Shown here piece by piece: positions 1 through 6,486 of a stretch of 22,565 nt of DNA. The DNA lies in the NCBI GenBank assembly GCA_934500865.1, contig CAKSUD010000024.1, positions 1 to 22,565 on the forward strand, read 5' to 3'. The notes beneath the pieces are model-generated. The model was not told the origin of the DNA. It was given only the letters and a program-made list of their open reading frames with translations, and did no database searches. Origin of the DNA: an uncultured Clostridia bacterium. GTDB taxonomy: Bacteria > Bacillota > Clostridia > TANB77 > RGIG9151. Position numbers and translations under genes: made by a program. Position 1 is the stretch's first letter. Every line of letters begins with the position of its first letter.

Positions 1-516
1 GAACCTTTTGGAGAAGCTACAGGTGCTGCAACTATATTTGGTACTACCGGTGGTGTTATGGAAGCTGCTATTCGTACGGTTTCTGAAATATTAGAGGGAA
101 AAGCTATTGATAGAATTGAATACGAAGAAGTTAGAGGAAATGAAACTATTAAAGAAGCGGAACTTGAAATTGCCGGTAAGAAGGTTAAGATAGCTGTTGT
201 AAGTGGTCTTGGAAATGCAAGAAAGCTAATGGAAAAGGTAAGAAGCGGAGAGGCTGACTATCAATTTATAGAGGTTATGGCTTGTCCTGGAGGATGTGTA
301 ATGGGTGGAGGTCAACCTAGACGTATTCTAAAGGAAAGAGAAGGTATTGATGTGAGAGGTGCAAGAAAAAATGCTTTATATAGCGAAGATAAGAGATTAC
401 CTCTTAGAAAGTCTCATCAAAACCCATATGTTAAAAAGGTGTATGATGAATTCCTTGGAAAACCAGGAAGCGAAGTGGCTCATCATTTACTTCATACACA
501 TTATCAAGCAAGATAA
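1..516 (+). CDS. hydA: [FeFe]-hydrogenase catalytic subunit, C-terminal part (5' end outside the window)
   Basis: Frame 1 is open from base 1 (EPFGEATGAATIFGTTGGVMEAAIR). It contains the H-cluster signature EVMACPGGCVMGGGQP and the typical C-terminal tail (RKSHQNP...FLGKPGSEVAHHLLHTHY). Stop TAA at 514-516. Confidence 0.9.
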   Translation, partial: EPFGEATGAATIFGTTGGVMEAAIRTVSEILEGKAIDRIEYEEVRGNETIKEAELEIAGKKVKIAVVSGLGNARKLMEKVRSGEADYQFIEVMACPGGCVMGGGQPRRILKEREGIDVRGARKNALYSEDKRLPLRKSHQNPYVKKVYDEFLGKPGSEVAHHLLHTHYQAR

Positions 517-533
517 TTAAATCATAGAATTGG

Positions 534-569
534 GGATACATCTGTATTTGCGGATGTATCCTTTTTTTT
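534..569 (+). terminator. Rho-independent terminator after the hydrogenase gene
   Basis: 9-bp stem GGATACATC (534-542) / GATGTATCC (553-561), 10-nt loop, then eight T (562-569). Confidence 0.7.
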
Positions 570-603
570 ACCTTGGCTCATAAACTATAGAAGGGGTGAA
601 AAA

Positions 604-864
604 ATGAGATGTAATAGATGTAGGGGATGCCAAAGAAATTGTAACTGCGATTGGAATAATTTTTGTTATATGAGAAATTGCTGTAATTGCAATAGGAATT
701 GTGGATTTAATGGGTGTTGTGGATGTAATAGGGGACAATGTTTTAGGAATAACTGCTGTGGATGCAATAATTTTATATCTCCGTGGATGTTTTGGATGAT
801 TAGAGATATGACAAGATGCTGTAGATGCAGTTGGGTGGATAGATATTCAAGGTATCGATGGTAA
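604..864 (+). CDS. Small cysteine-rich basic protein of unknown function (86 aa, 20 Cys, CCxC repeats)
   Basis: ATG at 604 lies 5 nt after the SD-like GGGGTG (593-598). The ORF sits between two intrinsic terminators (534-569 and 868-900), and no competing ORF is listed on either strand. Four CCxC motifs (aa 26-29, 38-41, 51-54, 72-75). No signal peptide, no Lys or Glu, 14 Arg. Confidence 0.6.
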   Translation: MRCNRCRGCQRNCNCDWNNFCYMRNCCNCNRNCGFNGCCGCNRGQCFRNNCCGCNNFISPWMFWMIRDMTRCCRCSWVDRYSRYRW

Positions 865-867
865 AAT

Positions 868-900
868 AAAACACAGGATACACCTGTGTTTTATGGTTTT
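868..900 (+). terminator. Rho-independent terminator after the Cys-rich ORF
   Basis: 10-bp stem AAAACACAGG (868-877) / CCTGTGTTTT (883-892), 5-nt loop. T residues lie in the 3' arm and again at 897-900. Confidence 0.55.
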
Positions 901-1085
901 AAATGAATAATGAAAGAAGTAATTTTATTGCAAAATAGAAAAGTGCAAAATATGCTAGGTAAAGAAGAACTTTTTTTAGAGTATTTATATTCATATTATC
1001 AACGCCTTTCAAAAAATACTATAAATATTATACATTATTTTTCCTTAAAAAGCCATACTAAAATAAAAAAAGGAATGATAATGGT

Positions 1086-2165
1086 ATGTTTAAGTCTATA
1101 ATGGTTTCTGGAATAACGTCTGTTTTAGTTATTGTTTTTGCTTTAGTAGGGATAGATAATATTGTAAATAGTAAGAGAAATAGTATTGAAGAACCAAAAT
1201 ATATTTCTTATGAAAGTAATGATGAAAAAAAAGTTGAATTTATTAATGAAGAGAATAGTTCTGTTGTTCCTACCAGTAGTGTTGTTGGAATTGCAGTTAA
1301 ACAAAATTCAGCAAATAAAATTGCTCAAATACTAGATAACAGCTGGAGCGTAGGAAGCGGATGTATCCTGGATTCTAAAGGATATATAGTTACTAATTAT
1401 CATGTTATAGGAAATTCAAAAGATGACATATATGTTACTTTATATGGTGGGGAAGTTATAAAAGGTAGAACTGTTTGGGCAAATAAAAACTTAGATTTGG
1501 CTATTGTAAAAATTGATGTTGCCGGTTTACCTGTTGCGACGGTAGGAGATTCAGAAACCTTAAGAATTGGTGAAAAAGCAATAGCTATTGGAAATCCTTT
1601 GGGATTTGAATTTCAAGGCACTTTAACATCGGGTGTAATTAGTGGGCTTAATAGAAGTATTGAAGTGGATGGAAACTATATGGAGGATTTAATTCAGACA
1701 GATGCCAGTATAAATAGTGGCAATAGTGGTGGTCCTCTTATGAATGGAAAAGGAGAGGTAATAGGAATTAATACTGTGAAGGTAGCTAGTGCAGAAGGAA
1801 TTGGATTTGCCATTCCAATTAATCAGGTTAAACCAATAATAGCGAAAATTAAAGAAAATGGAGAGTTTATAGAACCATATTTTGGGGTTTTAGGTTATGA
1901 TAAAGCGATTACTTCCAGTTTTGGTTCTAATATAAGAATAGATACCGGAGTTTATGTATATTCTGTTGATAATGGCAGCCCAGCGTTTGAGGCGGGAATA
2001 AAGAAGGGAGATATAATCCTTTCTGTAGATGATTTGGGTGTAGATACTTTGTGTAAGATGAGAAGTGTTTTGTTTTCTAAAAATATTGGGGAAAAGATGA
2101 GAATAAAAATTTTAAGAGATGGTCAAACGCAAGAATTAATAGTTAATGTGAGAAGTAAAAAGTAA
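1086..2165 (+). CDS. htrA: HtrA/DegP-family trypsin-like serine protease with N-terminal membrane anchor and C-terminal PDZ domain
   Basis: Catalytic triad contexts TNYHVIG, NLDLAIVKI and GNSGGPLMN. PDZ-like GVYVYSVDNGSPAFEAGIKKGDIILSVDD. N-terminal hydrophobic helix VSGITSVLVIVFALVGI. The start is somewhat uncertain because the SD AAAGGAA is about 11 nt upstream. Confidence 0.9.
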   Translation: MFKSIMVSGITSVLVIVFALVGIDNIVNSKRNSIEEPKYISYESNDEKKVEFINEENSSVVPTSSVVGIAVKQNSANKIAQILDNSWSVGSGCILDSKGYIVTNYHVIGNSKDDIYVTLYGGEVIKGRTVWANKNLDLAIVKIDVAGLPVATVGDSETLRIGEKAIAIGNPLGFEFQGTLTSGVISGLNRSIEVDGNYMEDLIQTDASINSGNSGGPLMNGKGEVIGINTVKVASAEGIGFAIPINQVKPIIAKIKENGEFIEPYFGVLGYDKAITSSFGSNIRIDTGVYVYSVDNGSPAFEAGIKKGDIILSVDDLGVDTLCKMRSVLFSKNIGEKMRIKILRDGQTQELIVNVRSKK

Positions 2166-2185
2166 TTTTACAAGTCTTAGAAACA

Positions 2186-2214
2186 TTGACAGAGTACGAC
2201 TTCTTAAATATAAT
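2186..2214 (+). promoter_or_regulatory. Sigma-A consensus promoter (TTGACA-17 nt-TATAAT)
   Basis: TTGACA at 2186-2191, exactly 17 nt spacer, TATAAT at 2209-2214. It lies 35 nt upstream of the ATG at 2249, with SD AAGGGG at 2235-2240. Confidence 0.65.
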
Positions 2215-2248
2215 ATACTTAAAAGTTTATAATTAAGGGGCGTAAAAA

Positions 2249-3613
2249 ATGTTTCAAAATGAATTTGAAAAAGGTGAGTTTTCTTTTATTTTTGTAAAGG
2301 AGAATGATGGTGAAAACATATTAGAAGATATCAGGAATTTTATTGTTAATAAAAAGGCTTTTTTCTTTTCTGCACTTGAGTTTGGAAAGCAGAACAATTT
2401 AAATAGATTATATAAAGAGATGAATATGTTTTTTGAGGATAAAGAAAGCAAAAAGACAGAATGTACATTAGAGGATATTTGCAGTTATATTGTAAGTAAC
2501 GCAAGAAACAGAATGATATGGATAATAGAGGGAATTGATGAGGTTATTGATGATAGCGATTTTCCTGAAATAGAAAAAATGATAAAAGGCTTAAAACAGA
2601 CTAATAATATGGTGATATTTGCTTCTAGGAGCGCATCTTTTGCTAATAAATTTGAGAAAAGTAAGTTGGTTAAGTACTTAGCTAATAAAGAATTGAATAG
2701 ATTACAAAGTTTTTATACTTTACAACAAAATGAGAACATGTCTGCTGAGGATAAATTTAAATATTATGCTATTTTTGGAACTAAAAAAGAATATAGAAAT
2801 AAGATTGATTATACTAAGAGTTTAAGAACCAATATTGTTAATGGATTTTTTAATACAAATGGGTATTTTTACTTTGAGCCAAAGAAAATATTAAAAAAAG
2901 AACTTAGAGAAACACAAATTTATAATGTTATTTTAGAGGCTGTATCTAAGGGTGCATCTACGTTAAACGATATTTCTGAGTATGTTGGAATGCCAACAAG
3001 TATATGCAATAAATATATTACAGTTATGATTTCTTTGGGAATAATAGAAAAGATAAAACCTGCCTTTGGAAAGGATACCAGAAAGAGTAGATATAAGATT
3101 TGTAATCCTGTAATGGATTTTTGGTATTATTTTGTGCCTGATAATATGAGTGATATTGCTTTAAATAATGGTGATAAGGTTTTTGAAGAAAAAATCGAAA
3201 AAAATATGAATTTATATTTAAAAACAAAATTTCCGGATTTATGTAGGGATTATATTAATAAATTAAAGAAAGAAGATAAGATAAAGCTAGATATTAAAGA
3301 AAACAATGTTTGGTGGAATAAAGATGAAACTATTGATATTATTGCGGGAAGTGGATTAGAGGCTATTGTTGCAGATTGTTTTTGGACTGATGATGAAATT
3401 GGTGTTAATGAATTTAATAAACTTGAAGCAAAGGCAAAAGATGTTGATGTTATAGAAAGAGATTATTATTTATTTTCTAAAAACGGTTTCTCAAAAGAAC
3501 TTATGACACTAGCAAAAGAGAGAAATGATTTAAAGCTTGTTTCTTTTTCAGAAATGGTAAGTGATAGTTTTGTAAAACCTAAAAAAATTGGATTTTTCTT
3601 TTCTAAAAAATAA
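2249..3613 (+). CDS. ATPase_2/DUF234-family protein (archaeal-type ATPase homologue) with apparently degenerate P-loop
   Basis: The C-terminal block WWNKDETIDIIAGSGLEAIVADCFWTDDEIGVNEFNKLEAKA matches the DUF234 pattern as I remember it (WW..EIDIVA....GECKW....G). A central wHTH-like segment is present (IYNVILEAVSKGASTLNDISEYVGM). There is no GxxxxGK[ST] anywhere; the expected position reads FIFVKENDGENIL. Confidence 0.7.
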   Translation: MFQNEFEKGEFSFIFVKENDGENILEDIRNFIVNKKAFFFSALEFGKQNNLNRLYKEMNMFFEDKESKKTECTLEDICSYIVSNARNRMIWIIEGIDEVIDDSDFPEIEKMIKGLKQTNNMVIFASRSASFANKFEKSKLVKYLANKELNRLQSFYTLQQNENMSAEDKFKYYAIFGTKKEYRNKIDYTKSLRTNIVNGFFNTNGYFYFEPKKILKKELRETQIYNVILEAVSKGASTLNDISEYVGMPTSICNKYITVMISLGIIEKIKPAFGKDTRKSRYKICNPVMDFWYYFVPDNMSDIALNNGDKVFEEKIEKNMNLYLKTKFPDLCRDYINKLKKEDKIKLDIKENNVWWNKDETIDIIAGSGLEAIVADCFWTDDEIGVNEFNKLEAKAKDVDVIERDYYLFSKNGFSKELMTLAKERNDLKLVSFSEMVSDSFVKPKKIGFFFSKK

Positions 3614-3640
3614 AAGTATATATTATGTTGTCTAAATGGC

Positions 3641-3681
3641 AAAAAAAGAGTATAATATAGTTAATATTGTACTCTTTTTTT
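3641..3681 (+). terminator. Long AT-rich hairpin / intrinsic terminator after the DUF234 gene
   Basis: 18-bp stem AAAAAAAGAGTATAATAT (3641-3658) / ATATTGTACTCTTTTTTT (3664-3681) with one G-U pair and a 5-nt loop. The 3' arm ends in a T run. Only 2 G-C pairs, so strength is uncertain. Confidence 0.55.
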
Positions 3682-3711
3682 GTCGATAAACATTATGGAC
3701 GAGGTGATAGT

Positions 3712-6486
3712 GTGAAAAATAAGTTGTTTTTTGTTTTTATATTTTCTATTTGTATGATGTTTAGTTTCTCTTTTGCAGAATGTCAACATAGTTTTGAAGC
3801 ACACGAAGTGGAATATGGACATCATGATGTAAAATGTACGAAATGTGGTTTTACAGAAGTTCATAGTCCTGATGGCAAGTGGACTTTTGATGATAATGGT
3901 GAAAATCATATATTTAACTGTGATGTAAAGGGCTGTTCATATACATATAGTGGAAAGCATACTAATGGAAATCACCAAAATGGAGGAAAATGCAGTGTTT
4001 GTAATGAAATTTATCAAACGCATGGGTTAGATGTTGAAAATATAAATGTTGATGATACATATCATTGGTATAAATGTTCATATAAAGATTGTGACTATGT
4101 CTTTGAAAAAGAAGAACATCAAAAGACTGCTTATGTTGAATCTGACTCAACTTATCATTGGTATAGATGTAAATTAACAGATTGTCCATATAAATTTGAA
4201 AGTCAAAAACATTATGGTGGAAATGCTAATGATGGATATTGTGAATTTGAGTTATGTAATAAGCTCTATGTTGCAAAATTACAAATTAATGAATATGAGT
4301 ATCTTGAATATAAAGTTGGAGATAAAGATAAACTTACTGCGACTTTTGTTCCAAAAGAGGTTGAGGTACCTAAAATTGAAAACGGCTATAAATGGAAATC
4401 TAGTATGCCAAATGTTGTTAAAGTAGATAGTGAAGGAAATATTGAAGCTTTAAGAGATGGTGTTGCAACTATTTCTGTTACGTATGGTACTTATAGTGCT
4501 AAATGTGTAATTGTGGTTGGAGATTTGGAGTTTTCTGTAAAACCTAATGAATATAAGTTACATGTTAATGAACAAGGAATTGGGAAAATAAATGTAACAC
4601 ATAAAGAAAAAGGAAAAGCAGTAAATATAAATCAATATGTCGATTTTGATGCGTTTAACTGGGATAAGGGTATATTGAAAGTTAGCATAAAAATAGGAAA
4701 AGAAAACGAAATATTATTTAGGGCGATTAATGAGACTGATGATGTTATTAATGTAGATATATGGTTAAATAACAAATTAAAAATTATAGAAGAAAAGATA
4801 GAAAAATCATTAATGCTAAGTACTACATTATATAGTAAGAGCGAACTGCAATATTTAAAACAACAATTGGAGAATGCGAACAAAGAATTTTCTGATGAAG
4901 AACTTGTTAAGTTTGAAAATAAAATTAAGAACAATGAAATAAAATTAAAAGATGAATTATATAAAATAAAAAAATATATTAAAATAAGTATATATATAAT
5001 ACCAGCTGAGACTGGAGGGGAACAAACACCTGGGCAAACGCCAAGTCAGACACCCGGACAAAGTCCAAAGCCAGAAAAAAGTCCGGTTCAAAGTCCGGGA
5101 CAAGGCTCTAGTCCAAAACCAGAAGAAAGTCCAACTCAAAGTCCGGGACAAAATTCTAGTCCAAAACCAGAAGAAAGTCCAACTCAAAGCCCAGGACAAA
5201 ATTCTAGTCCAAAACCAGAAAAAAGCCCAGGTAAAAGTCCTAGTCCTGAGCCAAGCCCTAAGAAAGATGATGTAATAGAAGGTCCCGGTCATGAACCGCA
5301 GGCTCCAATAGGAGGAAATGGTGGAAGTGTAAATAGACGCCATGTTTGTAATACAGAGGGATATTTTCCTGATCCAGATGATCCAGAGTCAGGACATTTA
5401 AGAAGATGTTATTATCCTGAGTGCGAATATTATAAAAAAGGTATTCAAGGTACTAAAGCTGAGCATCGTTATAAATACAATGAGGATAAAGAAGTTAATA
5501 TGTGTATTATATGTTATTATGAGCAAGGTAGTGGTGTAAAAGAGCCGGAGAAGATACATTCAAGGGATTTTGGTATAGATGTTTTGCAGTCTCAATTTTT
5601 TATTGTAAAAGACGAAGTGACTGATATTGACGTAATTATAACCGGAGTAGAGAAGGATTTAGCAATAGAATATGGTTCTGCTTATGATAATAATTTGAAA
5701 TGGACAGAAGGAAGAAAAGATAATAATTGTATTACTTTAAAATGGAACATTAAAGATGAGTATGCACGAGAGGCTTTTGATGTTAATTTTGAAAAGCGTG
5801 ATGATGAACGCATAATAACAGTAAAGCTTAAAGACGGATATATTCAGCCTACCAGAACAGAAGTTGACATAACTGTTGAAAATAATTTTGGTGAAAAAAG
5901 ACTTGAAACAATTGAATTAATAAAGGAAGCTCCGGAAAGAGCACAGTTTGTGTTGCGTTTTACGACCGATGTGTTTAACAGTATTAAAGTGGGAGAAACT
6001 AAAAATATTACTGTTTTCTGTAAATCGCAGTATGGATATGGAAAAGCTGATAGGCAAGAAGTTCAAGATTATTATAAGAATAAAAATTTAATTAACTATG
6101 AAGATATTGAACTTACTTGGGAAGGAACTGGTGGAATAACTGCTAGTGGTGCTTCTTCACCTGATTCAAATGGATATGCAAAGGGGCAAGTTACAGGGGT
6201 GTCAGAGACTGATGGACAGGTTGCGGAGTTGGTTATTACCGCAACAGCCAAATATGAAAATGAAGATTTGATAGATGAAGTAGAGAGAGAGTTAAAAAGA
6301 GGAATATTTGTTTATCAAGATAATAATGGAGGAACAACTTTTAGCGGTGGCACACAGTCGACTCCAAGTAGTAGTGGTGGAACATCATCCGGAAAAGGGA
6401 GTGCACTTCCTGTTGCTGCGGTGTCTGTAGGACTTTTAGCAATAGGTTGTGTAGTATTTGCAGTAAATAAAATGACAAAGCGTTAA
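3712..6486 (+). CDS. Large secreted, C-terminally membrane-anchored surface protein. Domains: His/Cys knuckle repeats, Big_2 Ig-like domain, coiled coil, Pro-rich repeat linker
   Basis: Preferred start is GTG 3712, downstream of SD GAGGTG (3701-3706). The track start TTG 3667 lies inside the terminator stem. Signal peptide VKNKLFFVFIFSICMMFSFSFA-EC. Big_2-like YKWKSSMPNVVKVDSEGNIEALRDGVATISVTY. SPGQNSSPKPEESPTQ repeats. C-terminal hydrophobic helix LPVAAVSVGLLAIGCVVFAV followed by NKMTKR. No LPXTG. Confidence 0.8.
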   Translation: MKNKLFFVFIFSICMMFSFSFAECQHSFEAHEVEYGHHDVKCTKCGFTEVHSPDGKWTFDDNGENHIFNCDVKGCSYTYSGKHTNGNHQNGGKCSVCNEIYQTHGLDVENINVDDTYHWYKCSYKDCDYVFEKEEHQKTAYVESDSTYHWYRCKLTDCPYKFESQKHYGGNANDGYCEFELCNKLYVAKLQINEYEYLEYKVGDKDKLTATFVPKEVEVPKIENGYKWKSSMPNVVKVDSEGNIEALRDGVATISVTYGTYSAKCVIVVGDLEFSVKPNEYKLHVNEQGIGKINVTHKEKGKAVNINQYVDFDAFNWDKGILKVSIKIGKENEILFRAINETDDVINVDIWLNNKLKIIEEKIEKSLMLSTTLYSKSELQYLKQQLENANKEFSDEELVKFENKIKNNEIKLKDELYKIKKYIKISIYIIPAETGGEQTPGQTPSQTPGQSPKPEKSPVQSPGQGSSPKPEESPTQSPGQNSSPKPEESPTQSPGQNSSPKPEKSPGKSPSPEPSPKKDDVIEGPGHEPQAPIGGNGGSVNRRHVCNTEGYFPDPDDPESGHLRRCYYPECEYYKKGIQGTKAEHRYKYNEDKEVNMCIICYYEQGSGVKEPEKIHSRDFGIDVLQSQFFIVKDEVTDIDVIITGVEKDLAIEYGSAYDNNLKWTEGRKDNNCITLKWNIKDEYAREAFDVNFEKRDDERIITVKLKDGYIQPTRTEVDITVENNFGEKRLETIELIKEAPERAQFVLRFTTDVFNSIKVGETKNITVFCKSQYGYGKADRQEVQDYYKNKNLINYEDIELTWEGTGGITASGASSPDSNGYAKGQVTGVSETDGQVAELVITATAKYENEDLIDEVERELKRGIFVYQDNNGGTTFSGGTQSTPSSSGGTSSGKGSALPVAAVSVGLLAIGCVVFAVNKMTKR
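5092..5235 (+). repeat. Three tandem 48-bp repeats (16-aa unit SPGQ[G/N]SSPKPEESPTQ) inside a wider Pro/Ser/Gly/Gln-rich tract (about 5017-5265)
   Basis: Units at 5092-5139, 5140-5187 and 5188-5235. The first two differ in only a few bases, the third is more diverged, and degenerate copies flank the block. Confidence 0.85.

Noticed and set aside
579-587. CATAAACTA, which matches the mother-cell sigma-K/E type -10 pattern (CATAnnnTA), upstream of the Cys-rich ORF
   Set aside because: There is no AC/-35 element at the right spacing. A start site about 7 nt downstream would fall inside the SD (593-598). It is too weak to call a sporulation promoter.
910-1101. 63-aa ORF upstream of, and overlapping, the htrA start
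   Set aside because: No SD in front of its ATG and low-complexity Lys/Ile/Leu-rich AT-driven composition. It runs across the htrA SD and start codon. It most likely just reflects the AT-rich promoter/leader region.
3667-3711. Upstream alternative starts given by the ORF track (TTG 3667; likewise TTG 12609, ATG 15835, TTG 16042, ATG 18874)
   Set aside because: In each case a downstream in-frame start has a properly spaced SD and yields a sensible N-terminus (signal peptide or lipobox). The track start has no SD, and TTG 3667 sits inside a terminator stem.
4957-5343. 128-aa minus-strand ORF with striking WFWTRILS repeats
   Set aside because: It is the antisense shadow of the 48-bp tandem repeats in the surface-protein gene. 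The repeat periodicity is inherited from the plus-strand Pro-rich coding repeats, and there is no SD.
6330-6486. Sortase (LPXTG) sorting signal at the C-terminus of the surface protein
   Set aside because: A hydrophobic helix and a basic tail are present, but no LPXTG, NPQTN or similar pentapeptide precedes them (the sequence reads GKGSALPVAAV). I call it a plain C-terminal membrane anchor.
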